Part shown: positions 50,525-62,430 of the stretch, piece by piece | Position numbering within the stretch: position 1 is the first letter of the stretch | How the letters are laid out: each line of letters starts with the position of its first letter | Assembly (NCBI RefSeq): GCF_006345805.1 | Contig: NC_043013.1 | Location: 20,770,001-20,834,000 of the forward strand | DNA length: 64,000 bases | Source of the DNA: Octopus sinensis | Taxonomy: Eukaryota | Reading direction: 5' to 3' | Translations under genes and position numbers: made by a program | The notes under the pieces: generated by a model | Seen by the model: the letters and a program-made list of their open reading frames with translations, nothing else | Database searches by the model: none | Told to the model about the DNA's origin: nothing

Positions 50525-51484
50525 CGTACGAAAGTGTATGTATATGTCTATGTACACACATGTAAATTTATATAGATTTGATAAATCAGTAGGAAGCTAT
50601 ATTCCGACATTTTCACAATATTCTAGTTTAATATATTTCATCACAGCAAATTAAATTGTACGCAATGTTTAAATTTGTGTGTATATTTGTATGTGCGTGT
50701 GTGTGTGTATCAATATATATGTGTCTATGTGTGTGCTTATATATGTGTGTGTGTGAATGTATGTGTGTGTGTTTGTGGTAGTATGTATTTATGTATATAT
50801 GTGAGCGTGTTAGTTTATGTATATGAGTATGTGTGTGTTGGTATCTACGAACATATATATCTCTATCTACACACGCACACCACACTCACGAACAAATGCG
50901 ATATAAAATATATTGTATTTTTTTAATTTGTTATACTCAAATATATTATACGAGGATGTTCTAAAAAAACATGAAAACTTATAAAGAGGTCTCCTCCATT
51001 ACCGATGCATCAAATTAATATAAATTTATGTGTGTAAATGTGTGTGTGTGTGTGTACGTGGATCTACAAACACACACGCACACAATCACACATACACACA
51101 CACACACAGATACCGACATACATGTATAGATATATCTAGAAATACACTCTAACTACAACGTCTAATATACCAAAACAATTTTTCTATATACGTGTATTTA
51201 TAGCAAAATGTTGTTGCTACTATGGCATCTGTTTGTGTCGTTGCAGGGAAAGCATTCCAATTTTCTGGTCGATTCGAAGCAAGCCAGTGTCAAACGACGT
51301 CTCGACATATTTATTGATCTTTATTAATCTGTCTATAACGGATATGGATTCCAAGAGCTTAAGGTGAATCACAGGTAGGTTAATGAATTTATATCATGAA
51401 TTAACAAAAAATAAATGAAACAATATTCATCAAGCTATGAGTTGTGTATCTGCATACCTTTGCGTATGTGTGTGTGCGTGTATG

Positions 51485-51533
<49 letters not shown>

Positions 51534-52966
51534 TGTGTGTGTGATAACACTGCTTAGAAGCACAAAAGAAGTATTCACTACATCAGGAGGGCTGTTATAT
51601 ACTTCGTCTGGCTGACCAATTAACGTTGTGAAGATGTTCGATTACTAATGCGGAGGTCTCAGTTTCGATTCCACAGCATGGCAAGTGTATTTTATCATAC
51701 ATTTGGGTCATCCCAGGCCTTGGAAGTAAAAACGCGTCGAAAGAACGTGTGAAATAATCCATCAGGTGAACTGTCCTTGTCACTGCATCCTAGTTACTAA
51801 CTTGATTTCCCGTAAAAAGTATGTTCAGATATCCCTTTACAATTTTTCATAGATATACATAATTACACACACATGCCTGCAATCCGTGTATGTGTGTGTA
51901 CTTGTGTGCGTCAGAAAGAGAGAGAGAGAGAGAGAGAGAGAGCGTGTATGTATATAATCATAAAATCAGAAGATATGAGAGGTGAATGCAAGTTTATTAT
52001 TTCTATAGGGCTTCCATAGGGTTACAATCGTTTCGTAAACTTCTCAATGTATTATTACTAATGTTAGCATCCCAGATAATAGATATAAGTTATATCAATT
52101 TGCATATCTAATATTATATAATACAATGTATACGACATAAGATGTAAAATAGAGAAAATTAATTGCTCACACTTTTCGGAACATCATGAACTATTCAGGA
52201 TTCAACTCTTTTTATACACAATATATGGAATGCAATAATTGTAAGTGTTCAGTTTAAATAGTAATACAGTAAGACGATTACGAAACGGCGGTAGCAATAT
52301 GGATATCATATGGAAATAATAGATCTATATTCACCTGTCATACCTCTTAAGTTTATGACTATTATTTACTCCGCATGGAAATACTACTAGTATATTTTGA
52401 TTCTGGTTTTTTACTACATGGACAAGATAAGTTTCATTGTATTTTAATTACTATGTGAAGTGATACCGATTTCTTATGGGCGTGCTTATTGTGAGTACAG
52501 CTTTAGTCTTTGAATGCAACTCTATTAATATAATGTCTGAGAGTGTATGTGTTGTGTGGGAGCATCCAGTCAATTTGTGGCAAGAATATCACTATCTAAT
52601 TCAAGAAATTGATTTAATAACATAATGCATCTTTGCTTACGAATTTAGACTCTTTCTTTTTATTGCTTTTACAATGTGAAAAATAACGAAAATTGGAAAA
52701 CTGTTGAAAAAGAAAACGTCACAGAAAAATTCAGATAAAATCTTTCACTGTGGTAAAATTTCATCTCTCTCAATTTCTTTTTTCCTATATTTTACCAAAC
52801 ACATTAAATCTTTTTAAAAAATTACGCAGTATAACACACAAAGAATAGACATGGTTATATAAATAAAACATTTGAGTTAATAAAACTTAAACTAAGATTA
52901 ACTCAGACATATTTAGGCCAGTATTGACCGAAGGCATTTCGAACTTAACAGCAGAGTCTGGTGCGG

Positions 52967-54221
52967 TATTGGGTCGTCCCATAAATAATGCGTTTTCATT
53001 TATACTTCTTTTATTTTTAAAAATGAAGATAAACAAAGTTCTTTTTAAATCTAAAATATACTCTCCTTTATTTTCTATAATGCTCTTCCATCTATCTGGC
53101 AGACTTGCAATGTTCCTCTTCCAAAATTCACTTGTCGGTGACGAAAATTAATCTTCCACTGCCGTTCTAAACTCGTCTACAGAATTTTAAATTTCGACGT
53201 CCAAATGATTTTGAAAACTGCGGCATAACTGATAATCAGATGGGGCAATGTCCGACGAATGGGGTGGGTAGGGTATCGTTTTCCATTCAAACTGCTCCAT
53301 CTTTTGGATCGTTATTCTCGCTCTATGTGGCCAAGCATTATCCTGATGGAAGAACACCTTTCGTTTTGAAACAAAAGATGGTCGTTCTTCTCGCGCTGAA
53401 TTAAGCCGCTCAAGCTGCTTGCAGTAGATCTCCCTTGTTATCGTTTATTCTGGGTTTAAAAGTTCAAAGTGGACTCAACCATTCATATACCATCAAACAA
53501 ATAACATCACCTTGTGAGAGAAAACCTTCTTCAGCCTGGGGTGTCAGTGATTCTCCGTTCCCTACCTACACTCTTGGGTTCTTGACATTTTCCTAGAGAA
53601 CCCTCACTATTCTCTCCAAAAAAGGTTCATTCGTGAGACGTGAGAGCAAAGAAGAGCAAACGTTAACTCTCTGTGCGCGATTAGACTCGGAAAATTTGTG
53701 AGGGACATTGACCCAATTTGCAGACTTATTCCGATGGCACGTTGGTGTCGATAAATGGTTGGATAACCAAATCCAAGCTTCTCAGCTAGCTTCTCAACAG
53801 TTACGATGGGATTTTGTTCCACCAGAGTTTGCAGGACGTCCTCAAGGAGCTCTACAGATCTTCCTGGATGAGGCTCGTCTCCTAGGCTATTGTTTTCTGC
53901 TCAGATTTTCTGGAACCACCGTTGACTCTGGCTTACGTTTATTGTCCGAACCCCATAGGTTGCATTACTATTTCTCGCACTTTCCGTTGCATTGTTGCCT
54001 TTATTGAACTCATAAAGCAAAATATGCCGAATATGTTCCTTTGTCATTTCCATTATAGCTTTAAAAAAGTAACTGTAAAAATCGACTTGCACTAAGAATA
54101 AGTACACGGTAAAATTACTAACTGCTTTCATAGTAAGTTCATGCAGGTAGTTTATCCCGTCCCCCTCCGACTTTTAGTTCATGCAATTGAAAAAACCGCA
54201 TTTTTATGGCCTGACCTAATA
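52967..54221 (-). mobile_element. Near full-length mariner fossil (~1.25 kb)
   Basis: Diverged TIRs tattgggtcgtcccataaataatgcg / tattaggtcaggccataaaaatgcgg (reverse), with terminal TA. Confidence 0.88.
53048..54053 (-). pseudogene. Mariner transposase pseudogene
   Basis: MEMTKEHIRHILLYEF.KG..ATE (HTH), WVNVPH.., HQDNAWPH, HSSDIAPSDY (YSPDLAPSD-like), LPDRW..IIENKGEY; multiple frameshifts. Confidence 0.88.
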
Positions 54222-54289
54222 CTGAGAGTTATGATCCTCATATTTTGAATCACTATAGTCTATAGTGAGGAAATGTTGTTACCCCAAAC

Positions 54290-54700
54290 GTATCATTGTG
54301 CAGGAAGTAGAGAGTTTGTTGGGTACTCCTTGGATAAATTTTCCTCGATACCGTTTGAAGGTAACGGGGTCTTTTTCAGGATAATGCTAAATAATGGTAG
54401 GCCGTTTGAGTATGTATAATTGTGGTATCTAGTTTGAGTAAGGAACTTATTGGTATTAGGTATCAGCCTTGGGTAGTTTTTAAACCTTGACATTGAGGGG
54501 TTAATTTTAGTATATTCTGCGAATGATCCAAACTGATGGCTGTGCTGAAGGTAATAGAACGTAATCTTTTTCTTCTGAATAGCCATCATCTGTAATATAA
54601 CGAATGTGCTTGTACATATTTCTGTCTTTCGTTGCGTCTTGCAACTTTTATTAGAGTTGGTTTCCTCTCTTATGACAAATATATACACTCTGTCTCATGG
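54290..54700 (-). pseudogene. Decayed CR1/L2-like LINE 3' end
   Basis: Minus-strand NGLPLFSII.. and FKRYRGKFIQGVPN resemble the 'G..LFN.LP....FK..LD.FL..PD' C-terminus. Confidence 0.45.
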
Positions 54701-55071
54701 AAAACATATCTATGCTTGCTATTTTTATAATGCCCTGATATGTTCAAATTTCTGGTAACGCTTCGAGCCATTCTCATTCACAAAATTGTTTTAAGCAAGA
54801 TCTATGGTTTTGATGTAGGAGTTACTCTCATTTTTTCTTTCTTATAACTATGGAATCGGCATCTTCAAATTGTTTACGTTGCATAAGAAATGAATGTAGC
54901 TATGACGCTCTCCATTTCCGTGCGTTAAAACATTGCCGGTTTCTTAGGTAGGATTTGCATTGGGGGTGGTAAACTTCATTGCCAAACATACATAAATGTG
55001 TTGCAACTGCACACCTTCAGGCGCGCACGCACACACACATGCACAAACACACATACACACATGCACACACA

Positions 55072-55206
<135 letters not shown>

Positions 55207-55773
55207 TTCAAATGAATATGGTACTTAAGTCAGATGCACCACAATTTTGTACGGTGTTATCCATAAAAATCCATGGGGTGATTATAATCAAAGTAAGCAA
55301 CAAGAATATCTTCGGATATATATATAGATATATATATATGGAAGATAGAGGGGAGAGAGAAAAAGAGAGAGTGTGTGAAAAAGTAATGTAGCTAGGGAAA
55401 CGTACAAACGATGGTATCAGAAAATGTAAGAACGTGCTGTAGTGTTCCTTACGCACGTGATTTGACTTTGTCTTGTGTTGCTTCAGAGAGAAAGTAAACT
55501 GCAAACCTTGCTGTCTCTTTCTGTACCATTATCTGTCATTAGTGGCTGAAGAATTCACTAACAACCGTTTGCTGTGTATCTCAATAGGTTAACCATAAGA
55601 TTAAATGTTCTGTTGTAGTAGGAAAGTTTTGTTTTAACCAAATGAAATGCCAAACAGTGGCTTAACTATTCTTCAGGCTGGAAAGTGTACAGAAGTACTC
55701 GTTTACCAGGCCCATTGCCATGGACGGTAAATAACTATTAGTTCTTTCTCTCTCCCCCTCTCCCCTCTCTCTC

Positions 55774-55855
<82 letters not shown>

Positions 55856-56031
55856 ACACGCACATATTATGTATGTATATGGTTATATATATATAGGAAT
55901 AATTGAAAACGGAGACAAATGCTCAAGATGTTACTAAATCATTTATATCTTCATATGATCGATATATGTGACGTATATATGCACACACACACACACACAC
56001 AACCCCCACCCCACACCACTCCCACCCCACC

Positions 56032-56071
<40 letters not shown>

Positions 56072-56371
56072 TATGTTATCCAAGGCTCGAGAGTTTGCTG
56101 ATCGCAGTTCTCAAACGCAGTTCGTTCCTCAGATAGAGTTAGTTATAAATATTTCTGAAATGTTTGTGCTATTCGTTGTTGAGTTTAGCTGCATTAAATC
56201 GTGGGTGAGTGTCTTTCGCCTTACGCTTCAACTGAATTAATCGTTAAATCTAACGTAGGGTGAACTGTACTCATATTTCCAAGAGTTCGCCTTGTAACAC
56301 CCATTTTGACTAAGGAGTATTTTATAGATGCACATGTGTATAAAACGCACGTGAGTAGAATACTCACCCAC

Positions 56372-57075
56372 TTACACATGAACAAAAGGAACAACTTTAT
56401 TACCGACAGAGTACTCAAGTACTTTTCATTGCTAATGTCAAAAGTGTAATAGCTAAACACATAAAACCTATTCCGTTTATCTACAACATCCGTCCTGGCC
56501 ACGATATTCATCTATCGATCTACAGATGTTCATTAATAATCGATTTACCGATAAGAAATATAATGTTGGTAACATGCGAAAAACTTCTTTTCCATCAAAT
56601 ACTCAGCACTCTCGTCTGTTTTGCGCTGATCTTTCTATCGTGTCTCGAACAGCCTGATAACCGTGGTGTTATAGATAAAGTACAAGCGAGCCGTTCACGT
56701 CTTCTAATTTCGTTTATTGATTGAAGTTGTTTCACTATAATTAATCTGTAAATTTTGTTTGCGATCATCACAGCATGAAATAGTCGCCAGCTTAAAATGT
56801 GTAGCTTGGCGTTCTGCACTACGTCATGCATTTTAATTGCACCATCGGTTTGTTGTAAAACCTCGTGGAACTGCTAATTATTTCGTTTTCCTCTCGGCTA
56901 GATTGCGGCGAATGTCCATGATTTTACACATGAACAAAAGAAACAACTTTATTACCGACAGAGTACTCATGTACTTTTCATTGCTAATGTCAAAAGTGTA
57001 ATAGCTAAACACATAACACCTATTCCGTTTATCTACAACTTCTGTCCTGGCCACGATATTCATCTATCGATCTAC
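56372..57075. repeat. Pair of 152-bp direct repeats (56372-56523, 56924-57075) around a 400-bp spacer
   Basis: 5 mismatches counted in 152 nt. Confidence 0.9.
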
Positions 57076-57357
57076 TCTAGGAATTTGTATATCAACATCG
57101 TCGAAGGGTATTTTAATAAGATGTATATTTTTATTTATTTATTTATACATAATTTTATTTCATGAAATGCCAAGGAGCTGTTCGCAGTGGAGTGACGAAA
57201 ATTCTGTCTCTTTCTAAAGTATATAACAACTTTTAGTTACGGGGACATAAACAAACCAAGACCGGTTGGCAGTCGGTGGTCGGAGACGGACACAAGTGCA
57301 AATGCATTATATGGAATGTATCTGAATTCTGTATAAATTAGAATATATACAACACCG

Positions 57358-58597
57358 TAAGAAGTGGTACCCAAAAGAAACCGGAATTTTGCACCCCCTT
57401 CAAAGTTTCTCTCCGTTTGAAGCAATGCATCGGCCCAGATGCGTTTTCCACGGTTTAATATAGTGCTGGAACTCTTGCGATGTGATGCCTTTTTAACGCC
57501 TCCGTCATCATTTTCTTCATCTCTTCCACACATGCAAAACGTTTTTCTTTAAGAACTTTTTTCATTCGGATGAACAAAAAATGTCACTGAGTGCAAGATT
57601 GGGTGAATAGGGAGGCTGGATAAATAGTGCCATGCCATTTTTAGTCTAAGACTATCTCACATTCAAGGCGGTATGTGCAGGCGCATTGCCGCGATGAAAC
57701 CACCACTCTTCACTTTGTCACAGTCGGGGCGTTTTCGTCTCAGCGTTTCGCAGATGCTTCAGAACTGCCAAGTAAAATGTCTGGTCAACAGTTTGATCAG
57801 GAGGAACAAATTCCTTGCGGACAATTCCTTTCACATCGATGAAAGAAATTAGCATCGTCTTGACACAGGACTTCACTTGACGCGTTTTTGGGGGGCGTGG
57901 TGATATTGAATGGTTCCATTGACCTGATTGCTGTTTTGTTTCTTGGTCATAGCCGTAGCCCCACCTTTCGTCACCAGTGATGACTTTTGAATAAAGGTTT
58001 GGCTCAACTTCCAACTGATCTTTCAGTTCACAACACACATTCAATCGTGACTGCTTTTGATCTTACTTGACCAATTGAGGCACAAATTTTGGTGCAACCT
58101 TTTCATTCACAATTCTTGGCTCAAAATTCGTTGGCAGGAGCTCCAGGACATATATCAACAAGTTCATCAATTGAACGTTGACGGTCCTCCAAGATCAGAT
58201 CCTGTATTTTCCTGATGTTTTCGTTCAGGAGGTTGACGGTGACCCTGAACGACAAGTGACTATAACTAAAGCGTGGAAACCACTCGTAATTTTTTTTTTT
58301 TTGCTCATGACAGCGTCCTTGTAAGCCGTTTGAAGCATGAGCACTCTTTCGGCCGCCATTTCCCCAGCAGAAAACAGAATATCACGGAAGCACGCTGTTC
58401 TTTCGTTTCAGCCATCGCAAAAATGAAGCACTGCAAAAGAAAAACGCACCATGTGACAGTCCGACTGCAGGCGACAGCGTTGGTCGGCAGACTGATGCCT
58501 AAGGGTCCCATCAAGTTCTTTCTAGCGGTGGACGCCTGAACTAAAATGAACCTGGCCCGCAGAAAACATTTTCGGTTACTTTTGGGTTACCTTTGTA
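57358..58597 (-). mobile_element. Second near full-length mariner fossil (different family)
   Basis: TIR-like ends ..ggtacccaaaagaaaccggaat / reverse tacaaaggtaacccaaaagtaaccgaaaat. Confidence 0.85.
57393..58415 (-). pseudogene. Mariner transposase pseudogene
   Basis: MAETKEQRASVIFCFLLGK, VITGDERWGYGYDQETKQQS.QW, HRGNAPAH, PPYSPNLALSD; stops and frameshifts. Confidence 0.88.
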
Positions 58598-58659
58598 TAT
58601 ATATAACTGAGACCACAGAATATATTGATTTCACATTTTGACACACGGCAATTTCATCG

Positions 58660-58812
58660 ACCCCAGCATTCGGCTGGTAGTTATTTTATCGACCCCGAAA
58701 GAATGAAAGGCAAAGTCGTTCTCGACAGAATTTGAACTCGGGACATGCAGTCGGGCGAAATGCCGCTAAACATTTTCACCGGCGTATTAACAATTCTGCC
58801 AGGTAGCCGCCT
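58660..58812 (-). mobile_element. Family C monomer
   Basis: ttatcgaccccgaaagaatgaaggcaaagtcg..cagaatttgaactc. Confidence 0.8.
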
Positions 58813-59029
58813 AAATAGTATAGAATATATTAAAAGACATTTTGTAAAGAGGTTAGCACTTAACAATCTCTAACTTCTATTACTCCGTTCCTTGGTCAAG
58901 GCTCCAAACTCGTAAGCTAGCCTAGCTATCTGAGTTAGCTTCAAGTGCTACTTTGTAGAGTCTACACGCCGCTTGCTAGAAAGATGAACAGAAGAATATT
59001 TTGTTTGATTAACTCTGCTTGGATCAAGT

Positions 59030-59300
59030 CATTCTTTGAACAAAGTAACATATAAACCAGATTACGATATATCTCTCATCTGTCGATAAACAAAACATAC
59101 CCAAACACCGATCTATGGTCCCACACCCTACTGGCCGATTATATTCCTAACCATTATCAACTTTCTACATCATCTGCGAATGTATTCGGTCTAAAATGGA
59201 TCTTCGCCATTTTCAACGATGGAGATTCAATTTCAATTACCCTATCAACAAATTACCAACTCACTGAGTCGGTAATATTCTAATCGTCTTAATATTGCGT
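59030..59300 (+). pseudogene. Decayed CR1/L2-like reverse transcriptase fragment
   Basis: WIKSFF..., gtcccaca..ctg.ccgattatattcctaaccattatcaac resembling (G)VPQG..LGPIIFLTIIN; frameshifted. Confidence 0.5.
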
Positions 59301-59744
59301 GCTAAGTAGCTGGGTATTCTATAGATACCCGTACCTTTGGTATATTTCGCAGGAGGGTTCTGCTTGGTTGGAATGCAAGGTTATACTTTTGAAATTAATT
59401 CTACAATCAATCCATCCCTATTCTAAAACAAGAATCTTAACTAAATGGCTGTGTCATGTTCCACGATACTCTATACGCTACAAAGCATAACATACTTTAA
59501 ATATACACAATTTTGAATATAATATACAAGAAAGAAACTATCTATATCTATCTATCATCTGTATTTGTGTACTGGAATATAAAACTGTTTGTTACTCCTT
59601 CAGGACAGATTTACATTATTTGATTTGCCTGAATTATTTCATGATATCTTTCACACGTAATATTCCAATCTTCTTACTGTCTATCTCTTTTTTTCTTTCT
59701 TCCCTCTGTCTTTCCCGCTCAATGTCTCCTACCTCTTCAACTTC

Positions 59745-59779
<35 letters not shown>

Positions 59780-60424
59780 CTTCCCCTCCCTTCATCTAAG
59801 GTTCTACATAACAGCTTCAAGTGTAGTTGACATGTGTGTGACAAAACAAATTCCCAGTAAAATCTCTCTGACATCTCTTGCCATGTGCCAGGTCCTTGCT
59901 GTAAATTTGAAGTTTCGTGCACACACGTATGGTCATATGCACACATACACACATACTTGCATACAGACCCGCGTACGCGCACACTTATACACGCTTAACG
60001 GTTTACTGTTCTCATCATTAGTAAATGTCGGACAAATAATTCGCATATAATCCCAGTGGACATTTTATGAACTAATGGTGGCGCTTGTTGCAATATCCTG
60101 CGCACTAGGTATGACGTATTGTCAATATTGTTAATGTTTTGGCAATAATTTCTCAGTTAATTCTCATGTTCCGTGCCAAAAACTGTCATGTACAAATTTC
60201 TCTTAAACAATAACTTGCACGCTTACAACTAATTTTTAAAGTCTGTGGATATGTTAAATTGAAGAGGAGTTTTGCTTCAACTTACTTTTAAGCCTTCGAT
60301 TCTAATGTATTAGTATGACTACCGTGGCGTATTTAAAGGCACGTGATACGTAGCATCTATAATTGGAGTTTTAGATTTAATACATCACTATGATATATAC
60401 CTATTATAGTCATATATATGTACA

Positions 60425-60575
60425 TGTAAATGTATTAGTATAGCGCTCAGGAATAGAAAAAGTCTTTTACGTTTCGAGCCTACGCTCTTCTACAGAAAGA
60501 TACACAGAAAAAACAAGGAGAAAAGCAAGGAGAGAAAAAAATGTGTGTAGTAGATCTAACATGGCGTCTGATATA
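60425..60575 (-). mobile_element. PLE-like 3' end with HHR-like motif (60462-60500)
   Basis: Reverse: tcttt-CTGTAGA a-gagc(gtag)gctc-GAAA-cg-TA-aaaga. Confidence 0.62.
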
Positions 60576-60597
60576 TATATATTGATATATATTGATA

Positions 60598-60699
60598 TGT
60601 ACATACATACATACATACATACATACATACATACATACATACATACATACATACATACATACATACATACATACATACATACATACGTACATACATACA

Positions 60700-60732
<33 letters not shown>

Positions 60733-60767
60733 TCATACATACATACATACATACATACATACATACA

Positions 60768-60796
<29 letters not shown>
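60598..60796. repeat. (TACA)n microsatellite
   Basis: Read directly. Confidence 0.95.
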
Positions 60797-60798
<2 letters not shown>

Positions 60799-61350
60799 TT
60801 TAAGCACATTAACAAAGACTTTAAGATTATACGGGAATTAATTTGCACTGAAAAAACATACAGATCTGGAACCAATAGATGTGACCTGTGCTTAAGAGAA
60901 TTGTACAGGATTTTCACATCCAAGGGCAATGTAAAAAATTCTACACATAGGAAAGCAGTGAAATGCTTGCACATGAGGAAATTCACATTTGCCAATTGTA
61001 AATGAATTATGAATTGATAATTATCATTTTAACTATTCAAGGTTTTGAAATGATGAACTGTAAATGATTATCCAATAAGAGCGTGAAATAGAGATTGTTC
61101 ACGTCTGATTTAACGGTCAGCCCTACGTTATACAATGCAGTGTTTATAAAAGAAAATCATTAAACGTGCATACCGAGTGATATCAAGTTAAGACCCCCGA
61201 AGAGATTGCACCGTTTTATAGGAGGATTGCAATTACAACGATTAATAATTGGTTCAACTGAAACATGTTGATCTTAAAAGGCAGCATATAGTTATAGAGT
61301 TAAAGGTAACGCTATTTCTACTTCGGAGTAATCCTTATTTCTGACACTGT

Positions 61351-61352
<2 letters not shown>
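60797..61352 (+). mobile_element. 5'-truncated Penelope-like element (GIY-YIG C-terminus to 61005, then 3' region)
   Basis: KHINKDFKIIRELICTEKTYRSGTNRCDLCLRELYRIF...KCLHMRKFTF* aligns by eye to the 36258-36626 remnant. Confidence 0.75.
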
Positions 61353-61412
<60 letters not shown>

Positions 61413-61414
61413 TA

Positions 61415-61590
61415 GTTAATCCAAACAAGAAAACACAGAAAAAAACACAGCAACGCGAGGACGTGGAACAATTAAGTATTATTTGACGCTCAGGAAAGAA
61501 GGGAAGGAAGGTCTAACGTTTCGAGCGGAGCTCTTCTTCGGAAACAAAGGAGAAGGAAAGATCCCGAGAAGGGAAGACAGAGGAAAAATT
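61415..61590 (-). mobile_element. PLE-like 3' end with HHR-like motif (61511-61545)
   Basis: Reverse: gttt-CCGAAGA a-gagc(tcc)gctc-GAAA-cg-TT-agac; shares the downstream cctgagcg...aatac with the 50.3 and 60.4 kb copies. Confidence 0.6.
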
Positions 61591-61764
61591 TTTTTTTTAT
61601 ATATATATATATAAATAGATGAGTGTATTTTTACCTTGTTAACAACTAACACGGAAAAAATAAATAAATAGTTACCAGGGCAGCAAAAATCTCACAAGTA
61701 AAGGTGTTGTAACTCCTTGTTTATAAAGGTAGAAACTTCGTGTTTACGTTGAATATTTTGAATA

Positions 61765-61832
61765 ATATGAATAAAAAAATGTGTCGAAAGTAAAAATATT
61801 TAATTACACCTGCGTTAACTCCATTTTTTTTA

Positions 61833-61839
<7 letters not shown>
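61765..61839. repeat. Hairpin micro-element related to 49334-49416
   Basis: atatgaat(a)7tg / ca(t)8attcatat arms; interior tgtcgaaagtaaa...actcc resembles tgtcgagagtaaa...actcc. Confidence 0.7.
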
Positions 61840-61866
<27 letters not shown>

Positions 61867-61899
61867 GCACCGCTTTATATATGGTTAAATGGAACAATT

Positions 61900-62050
61900 C
61901 GACCCTAGACCTTACTTTTTTTAATGTTTGTTTTTTCTCTCTCTCCCCTTTTTCTCTCCTTGTCAATGCTTTCCATAGAAGAGGGTATGTTTGAAACATA
62001 AGAATCTTTTCCTTCTATTTTTCATAAGCGTAAACCTAATATACATTTTC
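61900..62050 (+). mobile_element. Degenerate copy of the 50.3/60.4 kb PLE-end family
   Basis: ctttccatagaagagggtatgtttgaaacataa...ttctattttcataagcgt..actaatatacat. Confidence 0.5.
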
Positions 62051-62269
62051 TTTTTAATTTTTACTACATTTTCTTGTTGTTTTTTGGGGTGGGGGTGAGT
62101 TATAACTTTGGTACAATACTTTTTTTTAATCCTAGTACCCTAGTACTTGCTCTACAGTATCTTCTGGCTGTACCATGAGATTACGGTGCGTAAACAAATG
62201 AATGGCTATGAAGTCATATCGGGAGATATACACAAACATACGTGCGTGTGTGTGTGTGTGTGTGTTGTT

Positions 62270-62430
62270 GACGATGGGCGTCTTTCAGTTTCCGCCTACC
62301 AAATCCGCTCACAAAGCATTGATCAGTCGGGGCTATACATTCCCAAGTAGAAAATCGTTTATGCGCCAAGCAGAGGAATTTGGAACCAAGACTACATGGT
62401 TAAGAAGCAAGACCCCACCACTCAGCCACA
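62270..62430 (-). mobile_element. Family A SINE head, degenerate
   Basis: gacgatgggcgtctttcagtttccgcctaccaaatccgctcacaa...catggttaagaagcaag. Confidence 0.75.

Noticed and set aside
56372-57075. LTR retrotransposon/TRIM or Helitron end
   Set aside because: No TG..CA termini, TSD, primer-binding site or properly placed hairpin-CTRR-T end.
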